Below are positions 44,001-55,373 of a DNA stretch of 64,000 bases, one piece after another. Made by a program: the position numbers and the translations under genes. The notes under the pieces are model-generated. The model had not been told where the DNA came from. It was given only the letters and a program-made list of their open reading frames with translations, and searched no databases. The DNA comes from Balanoglossus misakiensis (Eukaryota > Animalia > Hemichordata), in assembly GCA_040954595.2 (NCBI GenBank), contig CM082577.2, positions 12,247,654 to 12,311,653 on the forward strand. The letters run 5' to 3'. Position 1 is the stretch's first letter, and the number at the start of each line of letters is the position of its first letter.

Positions 44001-47000
44001 ACAAGCCTGCTGGGCTTGTGCCCTAAATATAGCTGCAAGCAGCAATGGCGGGCCCAAGCCAACATAGCACATAGCAACATAGCAATAAGCATATCTGCTC
44101 TGGATGCCAAGATATGGAAAAGTAGGTCAAAGGTCACCTGAGGTCATGCAAAATTTGGGCGAGAAATTTTGACCCTATACTGGTCCATGTTCATCAAAAA
44201 CCAAACCTATAGCCCTATTGGTTAGCCTGGAATTAGGTATGCACATAATTAATGAGGTAGGCAGGTGTCACAGGTGACCCCCCAATTTGGCTTTTCAATT
44301 TTAGTCCCAACCCTCCAAACGCCAAGTCTGTACCTGCTCTCGATGCCAAGATCTGGTAAAGTAGGTCAAAGGTCACCTGAGGTCATGCAAAATTTGGGCA
44401 AGAAATTTTGACCCTGTACTGGTCCATGTTCAACAAAAACAAAACCTATAGCCCTATTGGTTAGCCTGGAATTAGGTATGCACATAATTAATGAGATATG
44501 CAGGTGTCACAGGTGACCCCTATTTTGGCTTTTCAACTTTAGTCCCAACCCTCCAAACGCCAAGTCTGTACCTGCTCTGGATGCCGAGATATAGGAAAGT
44601 AGGTCAAAGGTCACCTGAGTTCACCCCAAATTTGGGCAAGAAATGTTGGCCCTATACTGGTCCATGTCCCACAAGAACGAAACATCTAGCCCTCTTAGTT
44701 AGCCCAGAATTAGGTATGCACATAATTAATGAGTTAAGCAGGTGTTACAGGTGAGCCTAAAATTTTGCCTTTTATTTTGGTGCCATTGTGCTCACTGACC
44801 AATAGACACTCACTGTACAGGACTATCGCACTGACCAGAATTCCACAATAAGACATGGACATAGCTTAACCATAGAGGTATAAGCAAAGGTATAAATTTA
44901 ATAAACAAATTAATATAAAAAAATCTGTTGATTTTTCATATTATTTTTTTCTGCTTAAAATTATTGACAAATGCTAGGCTTGCTGCACACCAAAGTTGGA
45001 GATGATCGGCCTAACAGATTTTGAGATATGTATGCATGTTTATCCAAAATAATATGTGGTCATAGCTTTACTATGTAAAGTATAGGCCCATGGCTTGGTC
45101 AAAAAATATGGAAAATAATACTTAAAAATCTTCTTCTCAAAATTGGCATGGCCAATGGCCTTGACATTTGGCATGTAGGACACTGACCACATGGTCCGCA
45201 AAAGTTGCTAAAAGAATTGTGATATCTCCATTCATATGCAAATAAGGCGGATTTGAAAACTTTGCCCATATATGGTCATCAGGTCACGTGACTAATTAAA
45301 TATTCACAAGGGTACTGCACTAGCTCTCATTGGCCTGCACCATTGTGCCAAGTTTGAAATTGGTAGGTTTAGCAGTTTTCCAGATCTACCTCGCCAAAGA
45401 AAATGACAGAAGAAGAAAAAGAAGAAGAAGTAGAAGAATATACCTGCAAGCAGCAATAGCGGGCCCAAGCCAACATAGCACATAGCAACATAGCAATAAG
45501 CATATCTGCTCTGGATATGGAAAAATATGTCAAAGGTCACCTGAGGTCATGCAAAAATTTGGGCAAGAAATTTTGACCCTATACTAGTCCATGTCCGACA
45601 AAAACCAAACCTATAGCCCTATTGGTTAGCCTGGAATTAGGTATGCACATAATTAATGAGATATGCAGGTGTCACAGGTGACCCCAAACTTTGTCTTTTC
45701 AATTTTAGTCCCAACCCTCCAAACGCCAAGTCTGTACCTGCTCTGGATGCCAAGATATGGTAAAGTAGGTCAAAGGTCACCTGAGGTCATACAAAATTTG
45801 GGCAAGAAATTTTGACCCTATACTGGTCCATGTTCAACAAAAACCAAACCTATAGCCCTATTGGTTAGCCTGGAATTAGGTATGCACATAATTAATGAGA
45901 TATGCAGGTGTCACAGGTGACCCCCATTTCGGCTTTTCAATTTTAGTCCCAACCCTCCAAACGCCAAGTCTGTACCTGCTCTGGATGCCAAGATATGGTA
46001 AAGTAGGTCAAAGGTCACCTGAGGTCATACAAAATTTGGGCAAGAAATTTTGACCCTATACTGGTCCATGTTCAACAAAAACCAAACCTATAGCCCTATT
46101 GGTTAGCCTGGAATTAGGTATGCACATAATTAATGAGATATGCAGGTGTCACAGGTGACCCCCATTTCGGCTTTTCAATTTTAGTCCCAACCCTCCAAAC
46201 ACCAAGTCTGTACCTGCTCTGGATGCCGAGATATAGGAAAGTAGGTCAAAGGTCACCTGAGGTCACCCAAAATTTGGGCAAGAAATTTTGACCCTATACT
46301 GGTCCATGTCCCACAAGAACGAAACCTCTAGCCCTCTTAGTTAGCCCAGAATTAGGTATGCACATAATTAATGAGTTAAGCAGGTGTTACAGGTGAGCCC
46401 AAAATTTTGCCTTTTAGTTTGATGCCATTGTGCTCACTGACCACAAGACAGTCACTGTACAGGACTATTGCACAGACCAGAATTCCACAATAAGACATGG
46501 ACATAGCTTAATCATAGAGGTATAATTAAAGGTATAAATTTAATAAAAAAATTAATATAAAAAAATCGGTCGATTTTTCATATTATTTTTTTTCGCTTAA
46601 AATTATTGACAAATGCTAGGCTAGCTGCACACCAAAGTTGGAGATGATTGGCCAAACAGATTTTGAGATATGTATGCATATTTATCCAAAATAATATGTG
46701 GTCATAGCTTTACTATGGAAAGTATAGGCCCATGGCTTGGTCAAAAAATATGGAAAATAATACTTAAAAATCTTCTTCTCAAAATTGGAATGGCCAATGG
46801 CCTTGACATTTGGCATGTAGGACACTGACCACATGGTCCGCAAAAGTTGCTAAAAGAATTGTGATATCTCCATTCATATGCAAATAAGGCGGATTTGAAA
46901 ATTTTGCCCATATATGGTCATCAGGTCACGTGACTAATTAAACATTCACAAGGGTACTGCACTAGCTCTCATTGGCCTGCACCATTGTGCCAAGTTTGAA

Positions 47001-47099
47001 ATTGGTAGGTTTAGCCGTTTTCAAGATCTAGCTGACCAAAAAAAACGACAGAAGAAGAAGAAGAAAAAGAAGAAGAAGTAGAAGAAAAAAGCCAGTAAT

Positions 47100-47470
47100 A
47101 CCAATAGGGCCCAAGCCTGCTGGGCTTGGGCCCTAAAAAACCCCAGTAATACCAATAGGGCCCAAGCCTGCTGGGCTTGGGCCCTAAAAAACCCCAGTAA
47201 TACCAATAGGGCCCAAGCCTGCTGGGCTTGGGCCCTAAAAAACCCCAACGAAACCAATAGGGCCCAAGCGCTGGTATGCGCTTGGGCCCTAAAAACCCCA
47301 ACGAAACCAATAGGGCCCAAGCGCTGGTATGCGCTTGGGCCCTAATAATAAAGAAAAATTCCAACAATACCAATAGGGGCACAAGCCCGATAGGCTTGTG
47401 CCCCTAATAAAGAAGAAATATTCCAACAATACCAATAGGGGCACAAGCCCGATAGGCTTGTGCCCCTAAT
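47100..47470 (-). repeat. Stack of seven HINE 5'-terminal hairpin modules (3 type C, 2 type B, 2 type A)
   Basis: Hairpins near 47106, 47157, 47208, 47259, 47312, 47375 and 47436, each preceded by ACCAAT. Confidence 0.92.
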
Positions 47471-48617
47471 AAGACTATACTATTATTTATTTATTAATTA
47501 CTGCTACGGACACAACGTCTGAAACAAACTTATTATTCGGTGGTCCCACTCCTGAGAACTAATGATTTAAAATGTTCGCATAGCTACAGTCCAAATAATG
47601 TAGGCATTATATAGGCAAAGTGACGACCATGGAACATCTGTTTGGAGTAGCCTGGTTTCCATACCATAGGCCCTACCCATTGTGTTTTAGATATACTTGT
47701 CGGAGAACAAATAACTGTTATTTGAACTTATATGACCTTGCATCGCCAGGCGGATCCTGATGGAGATCACTTTCAACCAATCAGGCACTTCCCTTACTTT
47801 GCCCAATCACATTTCAGCTCGCCCTCTCAAATGTAGCAATTGGTGCTTGTTATTACGTTCGCCTTGTGTTGATCTGCAACTTTTGGAATTTTTCCGCGCC
47901 AGTTGCATTCCAGCGGTTGAGTTATCAATATTGCTTGTCTTTAGCAATAAAACGTGCTTTTTGCATTGTACGTTTTCCCTGTCCTCGTCGGACCTTTTAA
48001 GCAACCTTGTTCATCTAAATACCGCAACAAGACTCGCACACTTGTGTGTGAGTCTATCTAAAACACACTGGGTATGGAGACTAGTTTGGAGAAACGTGGC
48101 TTGGTATAGCCTAGGCTTGGTAGCGCTGGTTCACTGATTGACTGTGAACAACAGAAATCTATGAACGAACCAAAGAGGGCGTCTGGGTTAATTTTTAACT
48201 GACTGGAAGTAGGACACGGAGGCAGAATTCGGAATAGTTCTTTCTTCGGTAAAAGTAAGTGCTTTCTTGATGAATTCTCCAATTATTCTTGACATATTTG
48301 GAAAATAAGTGCATGAGTAATTATTTGAATTGGATTTTTAAATAGTTTTCCTGCAAAATAATAGTTTAAACGGTATTGTGTTCAGGGGTCACCTGGGGTC
48401 ACTTTAAGTTTAAGTGGCATTTTCAGAAGCTATTTCCTTGTACTAAATTTGGGATCAGGAAAACGTACGTAGCGATAGAAGACAAATAGTATTATTTTTA
48501 GTATTTCGGGTTGTTCAGCTAAATTCATAGTCTGGACTGGAATCATTATGAGTTCTGAAAGTAGTTGAAATTTGTGATCGAATTTATGGCGTTCTCAGAC
48601 CATAGTCCCCTGGGCCA

Positions 48618-48774
48618 TAGCTGCAATGATTGTAGCGGGTGCTGCTAGGTTGACTGTTGCTGCAGTTTGCAAATCGTCCAGGGGAGATGGAGGGGCTGCA
48701 AACTGCAGCAAGGTTGACTGGTGTGTTCGACACACCAGTCAACCTAGCAGCACCCGCTACAATCATTGCAGCTA
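48618..48774. mobile_element. MITE with TAGCTGCAAT TIRs and a perfect 9-bp TSD CCTGGGCCA
   Basis: 39-bp perfect TIR TAGCTGCAATGATTGTAGCGGGTGCTGCTAGGTTGACTG; TSD at 48609-48617 and 48775-48783; extra left-end fragment near 48818. Confidence 0.88.
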
Positions 48775-49042
48775 CCTGGGCCATAGCCTTACCACTAGCG
48801 AGTAACACTAACAGGTATAGCTGCAATGATTGTAGCGGATGCTGCTATGTGCATAACCGCTACAAGGCCTTGTGTGTAATTTTCCAATCAACTTTCGGTC
48901 GTCAGCTCAGTTACGGGGTTTAACTCTTACCTCCGATAACATTTGAAAACCGAACGGGTGCATCCCCCCAAAAAAACACCGACGACGCCCAAATTTCCCC
49001 CAAAATTGTCCTGCTTCCATTAAAAAAACGATAAATCCACTG

Positions 49043-49114
49043 AAGTTTCGCCAATGTGTTCCGCCATGTTAGAGCAAACATGGCGGACAAAGTTTGTAAA
49101 CATCGGCGAAACTT
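49043..49114. promoter_or_regulatory. Palindrome with two inverted YY1-like CCGCCATNTT motifs upstream of the first coding exon
   Basis: TCCGCCATGTT (49060-49070) / AACATGGCGGA (49077-49087), plus outer arms AAGTTTCGCCAATG / CATCGGCGAAACTT. It could instead be a repeat remnant. Confidence 0.3.
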
Positions 49115-49507
49115 TTTTCATTATTAATTTTATTTACTTCCACATTTATTAATTTTAAAATGGTTGGCGTCAGTAGGCAAACTTTTGGGTAATATTGATT
49201 CAATTCCATCATGGTACAAAGATAACAGAGTGGGATCCAATGTTATGTCTGTATCTGACAACCAATTTTAAAAATTTTTGTCATTGATGTGACTTAAATT
49301 ATTCATCCAAAATTCAGCTTTTTATTTTACCCCAGCCCTTCAGCAGAGGTATAACAGTACCAAATGTACAGCCATACTCAATTTACCAAATATTCTTTTA
49401 ACAGGTACATAGCAGCTGCGAAGTTATTTGAGTGGTGGTATGTTATTCTGATGAATCAACATTGAAATAGCATCTTTGCAAGCAGAAGACTGTCAAAAAC
49501 ACCTACA

Positions 49508-49568
49508 ATGGCAAATCTAGATCAGTTCAAGGTATATCTTCTTCAACTGGCAAAGGACATAAGCCAAG
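49508..49568 (+). CDS. NLR-like gene coding exon 1: start codon and first helix of a death effector domain (MANLDQFKVYLLQLAKDISQ)
   Basis: ACAATGG Kozak context; acceptor ttttaacag at 49404; donor G|gtgggt (phase 1). It splices in frame to 51485, giving the DED pattern F+xxLxxLaxdIsxdDLxxL. Too short for the ORF track. Confidence 0.8.
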
Positions 49569-50334
49569 GTGGGTAGATCTGTTGTTTTCAGAACTCAGAC
49601 TGTACAGAAATAAGGTTGGCTGTTTGTTCTCTTCAGCCCCTGAAGGGACCAGGTCTACAGCACAATTTGTGATTCCTACATTGTAACAACTAGGATGTGA
49701 CTCCAATTTTTCAGAGCGAGACCCATTACTCAGAGAAATTGATGCATAAATAAATTTCACCAAAAATGAAGTGCTGCACAAGAGTGTAGATTTTATTCCA
49801 CATAACATTATATACATTGTACCAATCATTTTTTCTCTTACATAAGTTACAACAACTATGATGTTTTTCATGTCCAGCGCAGTTACTCTGAGACATAAAA
49901 AATCCTGAACTGTCAAATATCAGTGAATTTATGCCATATTAATGTGTTTTATAATATGATCCATTATGGCTGCCAGTTCAGTCAGAAGTTGTGCATGTAT
50001 GTACGGTATGTTTGATGATGATACCCCCATTGTTAATGTACAATTTAATTTGAACTTTTAAACCTGATTCCGAAATGTTTGAATGATGCTAATAGGACAT
50101 CATTATTATACACCTACTGCTGTAACCTATGGAGTTCCATAATACAATAATTTGCAGTATCAGAATACAATAATTATTCAAATGAGGACGCGGAGTCCCA
50201 TAACACCAGGGTTATGGGACGCATTTTGATCTTGGAACTCACAGCTGTTCAATGTAAACAATGATGATATTACACCCTACTCTGACAAAAGTTTATGTAA
50301 AAAGTACACAGTCATTATTAAACTGTATTATTCA

Positions 50335-50905
50335 GGGGTACGGCATGGCGAACTGCAACGACGTATTTGCGAACAGCTGAAAAGCGAGATAGACCTTGTA
50401 AACGTACGTAGTTGAGAATTACTTCCTGCCACGGAGAACTTGAAACACTATAGTTGACCTCTAAAAACACCTAGAAAATACAAGTTGAGGGCGCATTCAA
50501 CATGGCGTAAGTTGTTTTCAGCGGACATCCAAGCATCGTTAAGTGTCATTTTTGTGGAAAAATTGACATTTGGGAAATCGTGTATGCATGGAAAGGGGTA
50601 GGAAGGGGTATTGTCATATTTCAGATGTACAGGCCCACCCTGTAGAGCTTGTAGGTTTTTTCGTATCTTCTTCAAAAGTAGCGAAGGTTCAACAAAATCG
50701 CTTGGCACAACTATATTCAAACCCATTAGTCCCAGAAGGCGCTAAATTTTATTCCGAAATTTTGCTTTCAAACACATAAATATCAATAAATATTTAAAAT
50801 ATGCGCCCTCAACTTGTATTTCTAGTTATATTTAGGGGTCAACTATAGCGTTTCGGTTCGCAAATATGTCGTTGCAGTTCGCCACGCCGCTTTCTTATGT
50901 ACCCA
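50335..50905. mobile_element. MITE with long imperfect TIRs in intron 1
   Basis: GGCATGGCGAACTGCAACGACGTATTTGCGAAC / GTTCGCAAATATGTCGTTGCAGTTCGCCACGCC; inner arms ctatagttgacc...tacaagttgagggcgcat / atgcgccctcaacttgta...ggtcaactatag. Confidence 0.8.
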
Positions 50906-51143
50906 TGATTATTGGTGACCCAAGATGCGAAATAAGTAAAAAGCCTCGATGAATTTTCAGCCGAAGGAATATAAGAACGAACGAGCCAGCGCATTCATTT
51001 GAAGTTCCAGAACGAGCTCAGGAGCGTAGAACGTCGCGCGCGAGACATGGGCAGCTCGATAGCATCACCTGATACGCGCGTGAGGTCAAGGTGTGTTCGA
51101 TATGCAAATTACCGGTATTTTGTGAATAACCTTATAGTACATA

Positions 51144-51429
51144 TAGTCTAGTCAAACTACGAGATATGGGCACCTAACCCACCACAAATTGCAACAGAAT
51201 TTTTTTTCTTCACAATGCATTCTAGAACAACATATTAAAAATGTTAAGCATGTTTATTTCTTAATATATGGCCAAAAAATCTCTAATATTGGATTTATGC
51301 AAATTAGACATATTTCCAAAAGGTGGATTCGGGTACATATGTTGTTCTAGTCACCTCTCCAAAATGCATTGTGAAGAAAAAATTTCTGTTGCAATTTGTG
51401 GTGGGTCTAGCCCTATATTGACTAGACTA
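51144..51429. mobile_element. MITE with TAGTCTAGTCAA termini in intron 1
   Basis: TAGTCTAGTCAA / TTGACTAGACTA; inner arms cccaccacaaattgcaacagaa...cttcacaatgcatt and its reverse complement. Confidence 0.82.
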
Positions 51430-51484
51430 ACAGTCGGTCATGGTGCAAGAGGAATTTAATTCTCTTTCTTTTTCTTTCTCAAAG

Positions 51485-53281
51485 ATGACCTGTGTAGCTT
51501 GATAGAAGCACTGGATGCTGTTGGAAATCCATCAATCCCTGAAAGTGTATCAGACAAAATTTTGAAATATGATCGTCCGTATGGTTTGTTTAAAACATTA
51601 TGTGACCATGGACATTTATCAAGGGACAATCCTGAAACTCTTATTTATCTGTTGAAAACTGCCAAACTTTACATGTTGGCGAAGCATGTAGAAGTTCGAT
51701 TTGAGAAAAGCTTTGACAAAGACTATCCATATGAGGAAGTGACAAGAGAAGTAGAGTCTAGGATGAAAACTGATAGCCAGAAACAGATAAGTGACAGAAG
51801 TGGAAAGAGTTTGCCAACATTCCCAACGGGCCCACAGTTACCATCTCCCAGTTGGCCAACATTCCCAACTGAGAGGATCTCAGCAGGACCACGGTTACCT
51901 TCTCCCAGTTTGCCAACATTCCCAACTGAGAGGACCTCAGCAGGACCACAGTTACCACCTACCAGTTTCCAAACATTCCCAACTGAGAGGACCTCAGCAG
52001 GACCACAGTTACCATCTACCAGTTTCCAAACATTCCCAACTGAGAGGCCCTCAGCAGGACCACAATTACCATCTCCCAGTTGGCCAACATTCCCAACTGA
52101 GAGGACCTCAGCAGGACCACAGTTTCCATCTACCAGTTTCCAAACATTCCCAACTGAGAGGACCTCAGCAGGACCACAGTTACCATCTACCAGTTTCCAA
52201 ACATTTCCAACTGAGAGGACCTCAGCAGGACCACAGTTACCATCTACCAGTTTCCAAACATTTCCAACTGAGAGGACCTCAGCAGGACCACAGTTTCCAT
52301 CTACCAGTTGGCCAACATTCCCAACTGAGAGGACCTCAGCAGGACCACAGTTACCATCTCCCAGTTGGTCAACTTTCCCAACTGAGAGGACCTCAGCAGG
52401 ACCACAGTTACCATCTCCCAGTTGGTCAACATTCCCAACTGAGAGGACCTCAGCAGGACCACAGTTTCCATCTACCAGTTGGCCAACATTCCCAACTGAG
52501 AGGACCTCAGCAGGACCACAGTTACCATCTCCCAGTTGGTCAACATTCCCAACTGAGAGGACCTCAGCAGGACCACAGTTACCATCTACCAGTTTCCAAA
52601 CATTCCCAACTGAGAGGCCCTCAGCAGGACCACAGTTACCATCTACCAGTTTCCAAACATTTCCAACTGAGAGGATCTCAGCAGGACCACAGTTACCATC
52701 TACCAGTTTCCAAACATTCCCAACTGAGAGGACCTCAGCAGGACCACAGTTACCATCTACCAGTTTCCAAACATTCCCAACTGAGAGGACCTCAGCAGGA
52801 CCACAGTTACCATCTACCAGTTTCCAAACATTCCCAACTGAGAGGCCCTCAGCAGGACCACAGTTACCATCTACCAGTTTCCAAACATTTCCAACTGAGA
52901 GGATCTCAGCAGGACCACAGTTACCATCTACCAGTTTCCAAACATTCCCAACTGAGAGGATCTCAGCAGGACCACAGTTACCATCTACCAGTTTCCAAAC
53001 ATTCCCAACTGAGAGGACCTCAGCAGGACCACAGTTACCATCTACCAGTTTCCAAACATTCCCAACTGAGAGGACCTCAGCAGGACCACAGTTACCATCT
53101 ACAAGTTTCCAAACAATCCCAACTGAGAGGACCTCAGCAGGACCACAGTTACCAATACCATCTCCCTCAAAGCGCCCACGTCCCACAAGAGAAGCATGGT
53201 CAATGGCATCAACTCGTCCCAACATTCCAGCAGTGACAGCCACTCATTCCAAGGCTCAAGTATCCACAACAGAATCTCATG
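51485..53281 (+). CDS. NLR-like gene exon 2: rest of the DED followed by the Pro/Ser/Thr-rich 19-aa repeat region
   Basis: Long polypyrimidine acceptor before 51485; donor G|gtaagc; LFKTLCDHGHLSRDNPETLIYLLKTAKLYMLAKHV matches the DED consensus (LF..L...g.ls.dn...L..lL......L...v). Confidence 0.85.
51813..53165 (+). repeat. Coding minisatellite, 57-bp unit, ~23 copies (PTERTSAGPQLPSTSFQTF)
   Basis: ccaactgagagg recurs every 57 bp from 51865 to 53119. Confidence 0.97.
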
Positions 53282-53625
53282 GTAAGCACTTGTATTAAAT
53301 ACAAATATTGTAATCATCCTTAATGTTCAACTACAATTAAATAATTATGAATTTGAAAGAGATGAAATGATAGGAAAAAATGTTTATCTTTATAGATGGT
53401 CGAAGTTGCTGAAACACATGGCATTTTAAGATCATCTGACCCTTGAAAAAGTGCCATGCACAATACATTCAAAAAGTCATGGCTAGATGCTGTGGTCATG
53501 ACCATATATCCTACATAAGGTTTTAAATGTTCTCAATTGAAACCTAAATTGCCAAATGTAAAAGGAATTCCACACACACAATGAATTCATCCAATCCCTC
53601 CATGTTTATCTTTCATATACTTCAG

Positions 53626-53853
53626 GTATGTCATATGTCGGTGATGTTGCTGCTAGCAGTGCAGTTAGTTCAGCTGAAATACAGAAAGAGATGACGACAA
53701 TGATGAAAGATCCAGAAGGTGAAACCACAAGTGTACAACACCACATCGACAGACATGATTTACGTTGTGCACTGTATCCCTTGATGGCAAGACTGCATTC
53801 ATCATCACCTCTGCAACAAACTGATTCAGTAGTTATGGACACTAATGAGAAAG
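53626..53853 (+). CDS. NLR-like gene exon 3, Ser/Thr-rich linker
   Basis: Acceptor tttcatatacttcag; donor G|gtaaga; 228 nt, phase 1/1, open frame. Confidence 0.7.
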
Positions 53854-55373
53854 GTAAGATTTTTTACAAATTTAAAATATACAGAAGCTGTTCAAGATAC
53901 ACATTGCTTATCAATGATAGCCATTCAAAGATTCCACTATGCAAGTATTGATCGACAGCTGCCATTACCCATCCCCAACTTCAAATGTTCACTGATGCTT
54001 TTCATGTAAATTTTCCATGTCAAAAACTTTGTCATATGTGTGTGCAGCACGCACAGTTGTTGACAGGAGTGCCTTGGAACTTTCACCTACATGTATAGCT
54101 ACTAGCAAATCATCTCGGTCAAACTCTCTACAACGTAGTACGTACTTTATAATGGAGACAATGATGTATTACAAGTGGTTACAAGTAAAACAGTACTGTT
54201 TTTGAGAACATACATTTTATATGATTGTGTAAAACATTTGTGAATTTAAAGTAATTTAGAAGACAGAAAAGTGTCACAATGACAAGTTGAGAAAATGGGA
54301 AGTTTCCCTTATGCTCCCCCCCCCCCCACTGATGGTGAGTTGTCACCTCTTCAGAACAGAATCATGGAAAGAGGAATAGTCTGTATATGTAAAGAGGAAC
54401 CATGCAAACCTCACTACCTACAAAATGTACACACACATGTAAATACATTCAGAGTTATACCGGTATCTCACCATTGGAACTAATTTATCATTTAAACCTT
54501 TTGGACTGTGCTCTTTCAATGCAACCATAAGGTGAACAAACTATGTCTGGTCTGTCTTTTGTGTATTGTCTGTTTTGAAATGATGACTTGTTTGCATGAA
54601 ATTCTATAAGAGATTATACGAACTATAAGAGATACTGTCAAGGGATATATGGGTTTTGTGCGTGTTAGTGTTACATGTGGGTGGGGACGTGGTCATTGTG
54701 AAATTGGATAGAGGGATGTTTGATGCAAAATGAAAAGAGAACTTATATATCAATAGCTACCATGTGCAATCCCTGGCAAAAGAAATATTGGCAGAACTTC
54801 AATTTATGGCTTGATCAACTTATCATTTGTGCAATTGTGTTATTCTGATCTTGAGTTTTGCTTTATCATAGTGGAATTTCTTCTGTGTGTTATCCACAAG
54901 CAATTAACCCTGTCAAAAGCTGAGGTTTTGTGTGTGATGTACTTTTTACCCCCCACCCCCAGTATTCTTCATTCTGGTTCTTGCTATATAAAAATTGTAA
55001 GAACAAATCTTAGAGGAGAATGTATCTGCTGCAGTCACAATTCTAGGATATTCACTTTCATAGGTAGGGGAGGGAATTTGTGTATTACTGTGAGACCAAG
55101 TTTCTCCTTCCTGGACTGATAAAATAAAAAAGGACAACAATGTAGATGAAGGATTATTGATGTTTAAGGGTCAGTATCATGAATTTGTTGCCAAAATTCA
55201 CTTTTGGACAAATTTACTCTGTCAGAGTGGATTTTGACTGAGGTGCTTGTAAAAATTCTAGAAATACAGTGTAACTACAATGCTGACACTAGAAACAAAC
55301 ACATAATAGGAGTCAGTTGTTCCCGAATATATGTCTTACAGTATTTGACAATTGTATTCTGATCTGTTTTCAG

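Larger units (their letters stand above)
22112..47470 (-). mobile_element. Cluster of 17 non-autonomous Helentron-type (HINE) elements from at least three subfamilies, nested and side by side
   Basis: 3' stem-loop GCTGC-aa-GCAGC plus subTIR GGGC(C/A)CAAGC at ~22118, 23332, 24541, 26025, 27751, 29706, 31141, 32530, 34173, 35635, 37029, 37683, 39208, 40898, 42585, 44032 and 45442; 16 5' hairpins; AAG/AAAG/AAT microsatellites; ~239-bp internal repeats. Confidence 0.85.

Noticed and set aside
22448-47382. Many recurring 60-120 aa ORFs in the repeat cluster
   Set aside because: Chance ORFs repeated with the units; no Rep/helicase, transposase or other motifs, and frames break between copies.
47100-47470. 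CRISPR-like array of palindromic repeats with short spacers
   Set aside because: The spacers are themselves repeated, there are no cas genes, the context is eukaryotic, and the modules match HINE 5' ends found throughout the cluster.
22112-47470. Simple head-to-tail rolling-circle concatemer or plain satellite DNA
   Set aside because: Units belong to different subfamilies, and the missing 5' ends are found in mirror order at the right edge, which concatemerisation would not produce.
51723-53243. 506-aa minus-strand ORF and 481-aa alternative-frame ORF
   Set aside because: Shadows of the stop-free 57-bp repeat; only the 51499 frame links to the DED and to splice sites.
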